Shown: positions 17,795-26,922 of the stretch, in pieces
How the letters are laid out: every line of letters begins with the position of its first letter
How positions within the stretch are numbered: position 1 is the first letter of the stretch
NCBI GenBank assembly: GCA_039798785.1
Contig: JBDKFG010000060.1
Coordinates: 1-31,367 of the forward strand
From: Verrucomicrobiota bacterium
GTDB lineage: Bacteria; Verrucomicrobiota; Lentisphaeria; Lentisphaerales; Lentisphaeraceae
Direction of reading: 5' to 3'
Length of the DNA: 31,367 bases
The notes under the pieces: model-generated
Databases searched by the model: none
The model's input: the letters and a program-made list of their open reading frames with translations, nothing else
Told to the model about the DNA's origin: nothing
Position numbers and translations under genes: made by a program

Positions 17795-19369
17795 ATGGCC
17801 AAGTTCGACACCCGCTACAACCTCGATCTCAGCGAGGTGAAAGTCTTCTGCCGCTCTTGCAAGACGGTGCAGAGCTGCGGGCTTTCCGAGCTTGGAAAGC
17901 CGCATCAGTGCAGCCGTTGCAACGAATACTTCATCGTCCCCCGCGAGCGTTTCGCTCCCGGGGTGACGATCGCCGACTACGTCATCGAGGAGCTGATCGG
18001 CTCTGGCGGCTGCGGCTCGGTCTTCCGCGCCTGGCAGATCTCGCTCGACCGTCCCTGCGCCCTGAAGATCCTTCATGAACGCGTCTTGAGCAGCGAAGCC
18101 GAGCTGCATGAATTGACCAAGGAAGGCCGCCTCGCCGGCCGCCTCAATCATCCCTCCATCGTGCAATGCTACGCCATCGGCGAGGAGGATTCGGTCTTCT
18201 ACTACGCCATGGAGCTGATCGAAGGCAAGTCGCTGAAGGAGATCCTGTCGAAACGCTGGCGCCTGCAGCCGAGCCGGGCCATCGACATCGTCATCCAGAT
18301 CGCCGAGGCCCTCGAATACGCCTGGAGCCGCGAACGCCTGGTGCACCGCGACATCAAGCCGGACAACATCATGATCGACCACGACGGCTTCGCCAAGCTC
18401 ACCGACATGGGCCTCGCCCTGACCGCCCATGCCCTCCATCAAGCCGCCGCCTCGGAGACCGACGAGATCCAGGGCAGCCCCCACTACCTGTCGCCCGAAC
18501 AGATCATGGGCCAGGTCCAGGATTTCCGTAGCGACATCTATTCGCTCGGCATCGTCCTCTACCAGTGCCTTTCCGGCGGCTTCCCCTTCAACGGCGACAG
18601 CCCGCAGGAATTGCTGATGCATCACCTCGACACCGTGGTGCCCGATCTGCGCGACTGTAATCCCGATCTGCCGCCGGCGCTCACCCGCCTGGTCTGCCGG
18701 ATGATGGCAAAAAGCCCTGCCGAACGCCCTGCCGACTACGCCATCCTGAAGCGCGAGCTGGTGCTGATCCGCAGCAGCCTGAGCGATTCGAGCAAGAGCG
18801 GCGGGCTCGAAGCCCTGCTGAAACACCAGTCCGGTTCGACCTCGCCCTATCCCGTCGCCATGGCCAAGCCCCTCATCTTGCAGACGCAGCGCCACCTGGT
18901 GAGCGACAAGTCCCCGGCGGAGCCCCACCGTTTCATGCCGAAGCCGGAGGCAGCGGCGGCAGGCCGCCGAGGGCAACTGATGGCCTGCCTCTTTGCCGCG
19001 GCCCTGCTGCTGCTCGCTCCGATCCTCTTTTTCAGCTTCGAGTTTACTCCTGCTTCTCACCAACCGGACGCGATGCCGGCCTCCCCTGCGGCAGCCAAGA
19101 TGGGGCGCGTGATGATCGACCCGGCGGGCTACGATCCCGGCCATGAATGGATCGAAATCAGCGGTTCCGGAGCCGTCGTCCTGAGCAACGCCGAAGGCAG
19201 CCGCTTCAAGCTCGCCCCGGAGAGCGGCGGCAAGATCGCCCTCAGCCCGGAGTTCATCCTCTGCAACGAAGGCGAAATACTCGAACTGCGCAACGACAGG
19301 GACGAAGTCCTCGACCGCTGGAGCATTCCGGCTGCACAGATCCGCTCAGGTGAAGCGCTCAGCCGCTGA
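17795..19369 (+). CDS. Hanks-type Ser/Thr protein kinase: Zn ribbon + kinase + TM + lamin-tail-like domain
   Basis: CRSC...CSRC; GSGGCG, ALK, HRDIKPDN, DMG, GSPHYLSPE, SDIYSLG; TM LMACLFAAALLLLAPILFFSF; DPAGYDPGHEWIEI...LCNEGEILEL. ATG 17795 fits the GGAG RBS better than GTG 17786. Confidence 0.92.
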   Translation: MAKFDTRYNLDLSEVKVFCRSCKTVQSCGLSELGKPHQCSRCNEYFIVPRERFAPGVTIADYVIEELIGSGGCGSVFRAWQISLDRPCALKILHERVLSSEAELHELTKEGRLAGRLNHPSIVQCYAIGEEDSVFYYAMELIEGKSLKEILSKRWRLQPSRAIDIVIQIAEALEYAWSRERLVHRDIKPDNIMIDHDGFAKLTDMGLALTAHALHQAAASETDEIQGSPHYLSPEQIMGQVQDFRSDIYSLGIVLYQCLSGGFPFNGDSPQELLMHHLDTVVPDLRDCNPDLPPALTRLVCRMMAKSPAERPADYAILKRELVLIRSSLSDSSKSGGLEALLKHQSGSTSPYPVAMAKPLILQTQRHLVSDKSPAEPHRFMPKPEAAAAGRRGQLMACLFAAALLLLAPILFFSFEFTPASHQPDAMPASPAAAKMGRVMIDPAGYDPGHEWIEISGSGAVVLSNAEGSRFKLAPESGGKIALSPEFILCNEGEILELRNDRDEVLDRWSIPAAQIRSGEALSR

Positions 19370-19383
19370 ATCCACCCTGCTCT

Positions 19384-19427
19384 GGTTTTGGGCCGAGTCT
19401 AATCCTTGGTTGGATGGATCCAAAACC
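19384..19427. terminator. Imperfect hairpin between convergent genes (possible terminator or element end)
   Basis: GGTTTTGG (19384-19391) and CCAAAACC (19420-19427), followed by T-rich DNA. Confidence 0.3.
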
Positions 19428-19616
19428 TGAATCTATATTTTGATTTTTTGAGAATTTTTTGTATTTGTGCCCCTCGCGTTTGATTGATTTTGATTAAGAT
19501 ATTGCGTCTCGACTTGAATAGAATTCCCAACATTTGTCTGTGTTTGATTTCTTGATAATCATGCATTAGTTAAATTGCATAATTAATGACTCTTAAATGC
19601 GATCGTATATCGTGAG

Positions 19617-20045
19617 TTAAAGCGTCCATAAAAAGTCACATTCAACAGCGAATTCGAGTCTTAATTTTTTTTCGGTGTATGTCTGGCAAAGATGTTGAAT
19701 GCGAGAAGATAGAAGTTCCAAGTTGAGTGGTTTTTCAAAGAAGTCAGCTCCTCCGGACCGCATGAAATTCATAGCTAAGTCGACTGAGTTGTGACCACTC
19801 ATCATGACAAGAGGAGGCAGTGGTTTTCCGCTCGCATGCAAGCGGTTCAGGACCTCCATTCCGCTCATTTCTGGCATGCTGTAATCAATTATAATACAAT
19901 CATAATCAACTTTGGAGACTAGATCAATGGCAATAAATGGATTGGTTACTGTGCTGACACGAACTTCGAAACCGAACCAGCGCCGGATCATGTCGCAGAT
20001 ATCCACCTCGTCGTCGATGACCAAAATGTGGGGTTTGTTATTCAT
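19617..20045 (-). CDS. Stand-alone response-regulator receiver domain
   Basis: Start moved to 20045 (GGAGG RBS); ILVIDDE, IIDYSMPEMSG, MMSGH, GGADFFEKP. Confidence 0.85.
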   Translation of the reverse strand: MNNKPHILVIDDEVDICDMIRRWFGFEVRVSTVTNPFIAIDLVSKVDYDCIIIDYSMPEMSGMEVLNRLHASGKPLPPLVMMSGHNSVDLAMNFMRSGGADFFEKPLNLELLSSRIQHLCQTYTEKKLRLEFAVECDFLWTL

Positions 20046-20250
20046 CTTATCCTCCGTTAATTTTGGGTGGCTTGCTTCCGTTGAGTGCGAACTTGTCACA
20101 TGCTCCTCAAAACTATAAACGACAAGATGCTTCGTTTCGTGACACCTAGCGCGGTGGTAAAACGGGATTGGATCACCCCATGCCGCCACACTTAGCGGAT
20201 GGCGCATCAGGCTCCACAAAGTTGGGCGGGCAAGGGCAAGGGGCTGTAGA

Positions 20251-20700
20251 CTTCCGCCACCTTGACCAAGCGAAGCCGAACGCCGCTAACTCGAACTCCA
20301 CCAGTCCAGCTTGCCGCCGATCACGGCCTTGATCGCGTCGGCCCCGCCCTCCAAGATCTCGTCACCGCAGGCGGTCCGATCAGCCGCGAAAAGCTCGTCA
20401 AGACCCCGGGACTCGAAACTTCAGCCCCGGACTTCGAGCTCGATGCCAAGACTTCCACGTTCCATGGATGACTACGATGCCTTTATTTCATACCTTACCT
20501 TCCTTATCCTCGGCGCATCCCAAGAGGCTCAGCGATGAAAAGCAGCAAGAAATCCATCGCGGCGCCCAGCGACACCGAGCTCGATAAGCTTCCGCGTGCT
20601 CCGCTCACTCAACGGCATGCCTGAGCAAGGCTGGGACGGTGCCCGACTCCTCGCCGCCCTCTTCGATGCCAATCGCCGCGCGAGGCTCCTTAAGGAATCG
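20251..20700 (+). pseudogene. Decayed IS21-family remnant (istA 3' end / istB 5' end)
   Basis: Frameshifted pieces QLAADHGLDRVGPALQDLVTAGGPISREKL...MDDYDAFI resemble the IstA C-terminus. Its TGA overlaps an ATG at 20535 (ATGA), followed by ELDKL...EQGWDGARLLAALFD.NRRARLLKES, which resembles the IstB N-terminus. Confidence 0.55.
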
Positions 20701-20724
20701 TGTTTTGTGCGTTGGGCCACGAAG

Positions 20725-21471
20725 TCAGCAATCCGGGCCTTGAGTTGCATTCTGTCGATATTGTCGGGGCGACTGCCCAATAATTTTGACAAAATGTCGA
20801 TTGAAGTGACTGATGTCGTAAAATCCAAGATGGTCGGCAATTTCTGTGATGCTGCGCGATCCATGTCGCAATTCTCGGCAAGCAGCGTTGATTCTCACTT
20901 GCAAAATATAAGAGCCGGGACTGATGCCCGCAAAGGCCTTGAACTTGCGGTCAAATTGACTCATCGATAGATTCATCCGGGCAGCCAGCTCCGATATTGA
21001 AGGCAAGGAACGGTGATGCAGATTGATATAATCTAGCACCTCTGACAAATCTGAGTAAGGTTTGATTTCAAGATCACTGCGCCGCATGTCACGCAGCAGG
21101 CCGCAGAGGCCAACGATGTCTCCCCCTGGACCATGGAGCGGGATTTTACTGGAAAGGTACCACCGGGTGTGCCCTTGAGCGTCGGGAACCATCCACTTTT
21201 TGTTTAAGATACGTTCTCCTGCCAGCACTTGGCGATCTTCATTGATATAGAGCTTAGCGATGGCCGGTTCAAAAAAATCGCTATCAGTTTTTCCAAGTAT
21301 TTGTTCTATGAAATTCAAGCCAAGCAGTTTTAGCTGGGCTGAATTGGCCATCACGAAACGGCTGTTGACATCTTTGGCGTAAAAATACAGCTCGGGAAGG
21401 GCATCGAGAAGAGCTGTCACTTGGAAAGGATCGGCAATGCGTGCGAGAAAATTCTGGGTGATCGGGGACAT
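20725..21471 (-). CDS. AraC-family regulator with N-terminal PAS domain
   Basis: FYAKDVNSRFVMAN...ILGKTDSDFF...EDRQVL...SSKIPL (PAS_4); AraC HTH ITEIADHLGFYDISHFNRHFVKIIGQSPRQYR; start moved to 21471. Confidence 0.9.
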   Translation of the reverse strand: MSPITQNFLARIADPFQVTALLDALPELYFYAKDVNSRFVMANSAQLKLLGLNFIEQILGKTDSDFFEPAIAKLYINEDRQVLAGERILNKKWMVPDAQGHTRWYLSSKIPLHGPGGDIVGLCGLLRDMRRSDLEIKPYSDLSEVLDYINLHHRSLPSISELAARMNLSMSQFDRKFKAFAGISPGSYILQVRINAACRELRHGSRSITEIADHLGFYDISHFNRHFVKIIGQSPRQYRQNATQGPDC

Positions 21472-21605
21472 GGGCGTGTTGTTCCTTAAAATGAGAAAAT
21501 AGCGGCATGCGCAATTCGTGCAAATAAAAATCAAAATCATACATGGAGCTAGCGGAAACCCTGGATAGGCTTGAGGAATCAGAAACGACAACCAAGGAGA
21601 ATCCC

Positions 21606-23852
21606 ATGAAATCCATTCTGTCCTCTCTCTGCCTACTTAGTCTGGTCGCCTGCTCCGACTACCTGGAGCAGGCAAAATCTCCGCCCTCCCCGGACATCGT
21701 CGAGTCACTGGACTTTAATCGCGATGTCCGACCTATTCTATCTGATAAATGTTTTTATTGTCATGGTCCGGACGCCGAGAATCGCAAGGCGGGATTACGA
21801 CTGGACGAACCAAGCGGCGCCTATGCTCGTCTCAAAGACAGCGAGACCGATTTCGCTATAGTCCCGGGTAAGCCGGAAAATAGTGAGTTCTGGAAGCGTA
21901 TCTGCAGTGATGATGAAGATGAGTTGATGCCGCCTCGCAAGTCTAACAAGACCTTGAGTGCCGCAGAAAAGGCAGTGTTGAAGCGCTGGATCACGGAGGG
22001 GGCAAAGTACGAAGGTCACTGGGCCTTCCAATCAGTGAAATCCCCATCTGTTCCGAAAGTTAGCTCAAGCTCTCCAGGCAACAATGAGATCGATCGATTC
22101 GTTCAAACACGACTTAAAAAAGAGGGTCTACAGATCTCCCCAGAAGCGGACCGCGCCACCCTGCTGCGCCGCCTCAGCCTCGACCTTATCGGTCTGCCTC
22201 CGACGAGGGAGGAGCTAAAGACTTTTCTTGCTGACCGAAATCCGGGAGCCTATGAACGCCAGGTCGAGCGTCTCCTCGCGAGCCAGCGCTATGGCGAGCA
22301 CATGGCGATGGGCTGGATGGACATCGCCCGCTACTCCGACACCGATGGATTCCAATATGACCGCACCCGCACCATGTGGCCCTGGCGCGATTGGGTAGTG
22401 AGGGCTTACAACCAGGATTTCCCTTACGATCAATTCGTCCGTTGGCAGATCGCCGGCGACCTCCTTCCAGGCGCTACCCAAGAGCAGATCCTGGCCAGCG
22501 GCTTTAACCGCAATCACATGCTTAACAACGAAGGCGGTCGCAATCCAGAGCCTAACCGTGTCGACTATGTCATCGACCGCACTGTGACCACCGGCACCGC
22601 ATTCCTGGGTCTCACACTCGACTGCAGTCGTTGCCATGACCACAAATTCGATCCGATCACCGCCAAAGATTTCTACTCGCTTTCAGCCTACTTCAACCAA
22701 GTTGACGAAACCGGTGCCGTGCTCTCCTGGGGGCCTACCGCCAAGGTTAAGGGCGGTCGTTGGGGTGATCAGGAGGTTTTAGTGATGAAAGATTTGCCGG
22801 TGGAAAAACAGCGCAAGACTTGGGTTCTGCTCCGCGGCGAGATGACCCAGCACGGGGAAGAGGTTCAGGCCGGGGTGCCTCCCGCTATCCGCCCAGTTCT
22901 TCCGCCCGAGGCGCCGAAAAATAGACTCGCGCTAGCAGACTGGCTCGCCTCGGCAGAAAATCCCTTGGTTGCCCGTGTCGAGGTTAACCGCCAATGGCAG
23001 CGCTTTTTCGGCAAAGGACTAGTGCTCACATCGGAGGACTTCGGACTCCAGAGCCAGTATCCCTCCCACCCCGAGCTCCTCGACTGGCTCGCAGCCCGAT
23101 TCGTCAAGGACGGCTGGAGCATCAAGAGCTTGCAGCGCCTAATCGTCTTGTCCAGCACTTACCGTCAAGGCTCCAAGGCCTCCCCGGAACTTCTCAACAA
23201 GGATCCCGAGAACCGCCTGCTCGCCCGCCAGAGCCGCTTCCGCCTGCCCGCCGCCACCTTGCGTGACCAGGCCCTGTTGGCCAGCGGCCTCCTCAACGGT
23301 GAAATCGGCGGCCCGGGTGTCAACCCTTACCAGCCCGCCGGCATGTGGGAGGAGGTCACCAACAACCAGGTCCATTTCAAGCAGGATCACGCCCCCGCCA
23401 TCTACCGACGCAGTCTTTACGTCTTTTGGCGCCGCCTCTGTGCCCCCGCCAGTCTTTTCGATGTTTCCAAACGCCAAGTCTGCCAGGTTCGTCCAATACG
23501 CACTAATACCCCGCTGCAGTCCTTGGCGCTTTTCAATGATCCCGCGTTTTTTGAATGTGCCCGGGTCCTCGCTCAGAACAGCTTGAGCCAGGCAACTGAG
23601 TCCTCGGCGCGACTTGGATGGGCCTTCGAGACCATCATTGGACGCCCCGCCTCCCAAGCCGATCTGGCGCCCCACCTTGATGCCTACGACAAGCTGCTCG
23701 CCATCTATCGACAGCATCCCGCCGAGGCCGCCAAACTGCTAAAGATCGGCGAAGCTCCAACGCCGAAAGACGCCGATCCTGTCGTACTTGCCGCACTTGC
23801 TTGCACCTGCAATGTCATGCTCAGTCTGGACGAGACGATCAGCCGGGAATGA
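21606..23852 (+). CDS. Planctomycete cytochrome c (PSCyt1) + DUF1549 + DUF1553 (PSD1) lipoprotein
   Basis: AGGAG RBS, lipobox LVAC; FNRDVRPILSDKCFYCHGPD and CSRCHDHKFDP (two CxxCH); NPLVARVEVNRQWQRFFGKGLV, HPELLDWLA, RRSLY, TNTPLQSL. Confidence 0.92.
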   Translation: MKSILSSLCLLSLVACSDYLEQAKSPPSPDIVESLDFNRDVRPILSDKCFYCHGPDAENRKAGLRLDEPSGAYARLKDSETDFAIVPGKPENSEFWKRICSDDEDELMPPRKSNKTLSAAEKAVLKRWITEGAKYEGHWAFQSVKSPSVPKVSSSSPGNNEIDRFVQTRLKKEGLQISPEADRATLLRRLSLDLIGLPPTREELKTFLADRNPGAYERQVERLLASQRYGEHMAMGWMDIARYSDTDGFQYDRTRTMWPWRDWVVRAYNQDFPYDQFVRWQIAGDLLPGATQEQILASGFNRNHMLNNEGGRNPEPNRVDYVIDRTVTTGTAFLGLTLDCSRCHDHKFDPITAKDFYSLSAYFNQVDETGAVLSWGPTAKVKGGRWGDQEVLVMKDLPVEKQRKTWVLLRGEMTQHGEEVQAGVPPAIRPVLPPEAPKNRLALADWLASAENPLVARVEVNRQWQRFFGKGLVLTSEDFGLQSQYPSHPELLDWLAARFVKDGWSIKSLQRLIVLSSTYRQGSKASPELLNKDPENRLLARQSRFRLPAATLRDQALLASGLLNGEIGGPGVNPYQPAGMWEEVTNNQVHFKQDHAPAIYRRSLYVFWRRLCAPASLFDVSKRQVCQVRPIRTNTPLQSLALFNDPAFFECARVLAQNSLSQATESSARLGWAFETIIGRPASQADLAPHLDAYDKLLAIYRQHPAEAAKLLKIGEAPTPKDADPVVLAALACTCNVMLSLDETISRE

Positions 23853-23883
23853 AGACGCTTTTAAAAACCACTGGAGATTCAAG

Positions 23884-24936
23884 ATGCGAATGACGATTAT
23901 TGCCACATTGCTGGCGGCAACACTGGTTGCACAATCTGCAGACACCGACAAAACTGCCACCCAAACCACAACCTCATCTAATCGAGATGGAATCGATAAA
24001 ATTCTAGGCGAAGGCAGTTTCCGCTACCGCCTGGTACCCGGCTGGGCCAAGCTCCAAGGAGTCAAAGTCCGCAACGGCCACGGCGTCGCCGTTGACCGGC
24101 AGGGACGTGTCCACTTGCTCACTGACCACCCTGAGAACAATCTGATCGCTCTTGATCCCGCTAGTGGTACCGTGCTGGCGCAGAAACGTTTGGATATGCC
24201 AGGTGCGCATGGGCTTTCTTTGGCTAAAGACGGCAATCGTGAAGTCTTTTACATTACCTGCAACGACAGCGGCCGCGTCGTCAAGACTACTTTGGAGGGC
24301 GACATTCTCCTGGAATATCCTTGGCCCCAAGCCAGTGGTAAGTATAAATCAATCAAAGAGTACAAGCCCTCTTGCATACTGCCGCTTCCAGGAGGAGAAG
24401 TCGCCGTTTTAGATGGCTACGGTAAAGATTTTATCCACCGATATGGGCCCGACGGCAAGCTGCTGGCAACTTTCGGTGGGAATGACCAAGGCATCCCGCA
24501 TTGGGGACCTCACGGCGGCGCTGTCGAGCTTCACCCCAGTTCCAAGCCAGAACTCATCTTGGCAATGAGCGATCAACAGAATCTTGCGCGTTGGAGTATC
24601 GAGGGCCGCAAGCTTGCCGAAATCCCCCTCCCTGGCACCAATCCCCGCATGCTCAAGCGGTTTGGCGCCTGTTGGGTGATGGCGACCATCGGTGATCAGT
24701 GGCCGAAGGACTGCTCCAGACCAGGCTTCATCTCCTTCTTGGATAATGACTTTCGCGTACTAGTCAACCTTGGTGCCGCCGCCCCGCGTTATGTCGATGG
24801 CAAGCTCCAGCCCGCAATCGCAGACGGCAGCTTCCGCCACCCCCATGACGCCGCCTTCGGCCTCGACGGCGCCCTCTATGTTGCCCAGTTCGCCTCCGGC
24901 GACCAGCCGCTTCTCAAGTTTGAAAAAGTGAAATAA
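23884..24936 (+). CDS. Secreted NHL-repeat/6-bladed beta-propeller protein
   Basis: Signal peptide; HGVAVDRQGRV, AHGL, VLDGYG..FIHRYGPDGK, PHG, FRHPHDAAFGLDGALYVAQF. Confidence 0.8.
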   Translation: MRMTIIATLLAATLVAQSADTDKTATQTTTSSNRDGIDKILGEGSFRYRLVPGWAKLQGVKVRNGHGVAVDRQGRVHLLTDHPENNLIALDPASGTVLAQKRLDMPGAHGLSLAKDGNREVFYITCNDSGRVVKTTLEGDILLEYPWPQASGKYKSIKEYKPSCILPLPGGEVAVLDGYGKDFIHRYGPDGKLLATFGGNDQGIPHWGPHGGAVELHPSSKPELILAMSDQQNLARWSIEGRKLAEIPLPGTNPRMLKRFGACWVMATIGDQWPKDCSRPGFISFLDNDFRVLVNLGAAAPRYVDGKLQPAIADGSFRHPHDAAFGLDGALYVAQFASGDQPLLKFEKVK

Positions 24937-24950
24937 GTGGAGATTACACC

Positions 24951-26366
24951 ATGCACGACCACCTCACCCGCCGCAGTTTCCTTTCCGGCAGCGCCCTCGG
25001 CCTCGGTTCCCTCGCTTTTGGCGCGCTCTTTGCTCAGGGAGCCGAAGGAGCCCAGCCCGTCGGGCCCCACTTCCCCGCCAAAGCCAAGAGGGTCATCTAT
25101 TTGCACCAGGCCGGAGCACCGCCACAGATGGAGCTTTTTGACTATAAGCCAGGTCTGGCAAAATGGCATGGGAAGCGGCTTCCCGATTCTTTCAAGAAAA
25201 ACCTGACCTTCAGCGTCGCCGGTGCCGATCAGGAGCCTCTGATTGTACCATCGCTCAAGCCCTTCAAGCAGTACGGCCAGTCCGGCCGCTGGATGTGCGA
25301 GTCCATCCCTCACATCGGCTCCCTTGCGGATGACATCTGCATCATCGATTCGATGCACACCGAGCACATCAACCACGCTCCCGCCATCACTCTGCTCCAG
25401 AGTGGCTCCCCCATCCCCGGCCGCCCCTCCATGGGTTCGTGGGCTAGTTACGGCTTGGGCAGCATGAACGCTGACCTCCCCGCCTTCGTTGTGCTTAGTT
25501 CTGTCCCTACCTTCACCGACTGCGGCCAGCCCCTTTACGAACACCTCTGGAGCTCTGGCTTCCTGCCCGCCGAACACCAGGGCACCAAGCTTCGCGCCGG
25601 TTCCGCGCCCGTCCTTCATGTCAAGAACCCCGAGGGAATGCCTGCGGAAGCCAAGCGGGCGATGGTTGACGCGCTCAGCCAGGCTAATCGTGCTCACTTT
25701 GACCTTTTCCATGATCCAGAGATATCCGCCCGCGTCACCCAAGCCGAACTTGCCTTCCGCATGCAAACTTCGGTTCCCGACCTCATCGATTTCTCCAAAG
25801 AGTCGCCTGCCGTCCTTGACTCCTACGGACCTATGGTTCGAACCCCAGGCACTTACGCTTACAATTGCCTGCTCGCCCGCCGCCTGGCTGAACGCAACGT
25901 CCGCTTCATACAGCTCTACCACACCGGCTGGGACTTCCACGGCCACATCACCACCCAGCTCCCTGCCCAGATCCAGAATGTCGACCAGCCCACCGCCGCT
26001 CTGATCAAAGACCTCAAGCAGCGCGGCCTGCTCGACGACACGCTTGTCGTCTGGGGCGGCGAGTTTGGCCGTACAGTCTGCGTACAAGGCAACATCAAGG
26101 ACACGGCGAAATTTGGCCGCGACCACCATGGCAACTGCTTCACTACCTGGATGGCCGGCGCAGGTGTCAAGGCCGGGCACTCTCACGGCACAACCGACGA
26201 CTTCAGTGTTTCAGTCGTCGACAAGGGCGTCCATGTCCACGACCTGCAAGCTACCATCCTAGAACGCCTAGGATTTGATCACACCCGGCTCACCGCACGT
26301 TACCAAGGTCGCGACTTCCGCCTTACTGACGTACATGGACATGTGGTCAAAGAACTTCTCTCCTAA
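24951..26366 (+). CDS. DUF1501-family protein with Tat signal
   Basis: TRRSFL; HFPAKAKRVIYLHQAGAP; RPSMGSWASYGLGS; CLLARRLAERNVRFIQ; LVVWGGEFGRT; GRDHH; RLTDVHG. Confidence 0.93.
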   Translation: MHDHLTRRSFLSGSALGLGSLAFGALFAQGAEGAQPVGPHFPAKAKRVIYLHQAGAPPQMELFDYKPGLAKWHGKRLPDSFKKNLTFSVAGADQEPLIVPSLKPFKQYGQSGRWMCESIPHIGSLADDICIIDSMHTEHINHAPAITLLQSGSPIPGRPSMGSWASYGLGSMNADLPAFVVLSSVPTFTDCGQPLYEHLWSSGFLPAEHQGTKLRAGSAPVLHVKNPEGMPAEAKRAMVDALSQANRAHFDLFHDPEISARVTQAELAFRMQTSVPDLIDFSKESPAVLDSYGPMVRTPGTYAYNCLLARRLAERNVRFIQLYHTGWDFHGHITTQLPAQIQNVDQPTAALIKDLKQRGLLDDTLVVWGGEFGRTVCVQGNIKDTAKFGRDHHGNCFTTWMAGAGVKAGHSHGTTDDFSVSVVDKGVHVHDLQATILERLGFDHTRLTARYQGRDFRLTDVHGHVVKELLS

Positions 26367-26367
26367 C

Positions 26368-26426
26368 GCGGACTTCGTCCGCAACCTAACTGGGGTGGAA
26401 GCGCAAAATACCACTCCCTTCCACCC
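26368..26426. other. Two small hairpins after the DUF1501 stop
   Basis: GCGGAC-TTC-GTCCGC (26368-26382) and GGGTGGAAG/CTTCCACCC (26393-26401/26418-26426). Confidence 0.45.
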
Positions 26427-26497
26427 GAAAACTTCTTGTTTTGCCTTGCAGGAATTCGGCTAAAAGCGACTATCAATACACAACCATGGAGTACTAA

Positions 26498-26836
26498 ATG
26501 AGCCGTCATGCGTCTATTTGCCCGCTTAAGCTTGAGTGCGTCGATCAATACCGCCGTTTGCACGCAGAAACCTGGCCGGCGGTGTTGGCGAAAATCACCG
26601 AATGTGGCATCCGCAACTATTCGATTTTCCTGCGGACCCTGCCTGATGGAACTCCCATGCTCTTTAGCTATTTTGAATACATCGGTACAGATCTTGCATC
26701 AGACGGTGCGAAAATGGCGGCTGATCCAACCACTCAGGCTTGGTGGGCTCTGTGCAAGCCCTGCATGGAGCCCCTTCCCGACCGCATGCCAGAAGAATGG
26801 TGGGCAGGTATGGAGGAGGTCTTCCATAATGATTAA
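26498..26836 (+). CDS. rhaM: L-rhamnose/L-fucose mutarotase (RhaM/DUF718 family)
   Basis: YRRLHAETWP.V...GIRNYSIF...LFSYFEY...MAADPTTQAWW...WWAGMEEVFH; GGAG RBS. Confidence 0.85.
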   Translation: MSRHASICPLKLECVDQYRRLHAETWPAVLAKITECGIRNYSIFLRTLPDGTPMLFSYFEYIGTDLASDGAKMAADPTTQAWWALCKPCMEPLPDRMPEEWWAGMEEVFHND

Positions 26837-26922
26837 TCCTCCGAGTGTCCGAGGAACCTAACATGCCAAGAACTGCCCCGCCCGACAGCCGCCGAAGAAC
26901 CCATGAAGCGGCCTGGAGCGGC

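Noticed and set aside
19547..19600. dif/pdif-like XerCD site (ATTTCTTGATAATCATGCATTAGTTAAAT)
   Set aside because: The XerD arm deviates from TTATGTTAAAT at several positions or needs a gap, and the region is very AT-rich.
20046..21605. Upstream extensions in the ORF track (starts 20219, 21543, 21591; likewise 10790, 14500, 23788, 29211)
   Set aside because: Downstream ATGs have better RBS, signal-peptide or domain-boundary support, and some extensions overlap neighbouring genes.
484..26186. Long overlapping ORFs (e.g. 484-1692, 4109-5080, 11627-13240, 13311-14531, 16302-17591, 17735-19144, 24876-26186)
   Set aside because: Antisense or off-frame shadows of motif-supported genes, as expected in high-GC DNA; no recognisable domains.
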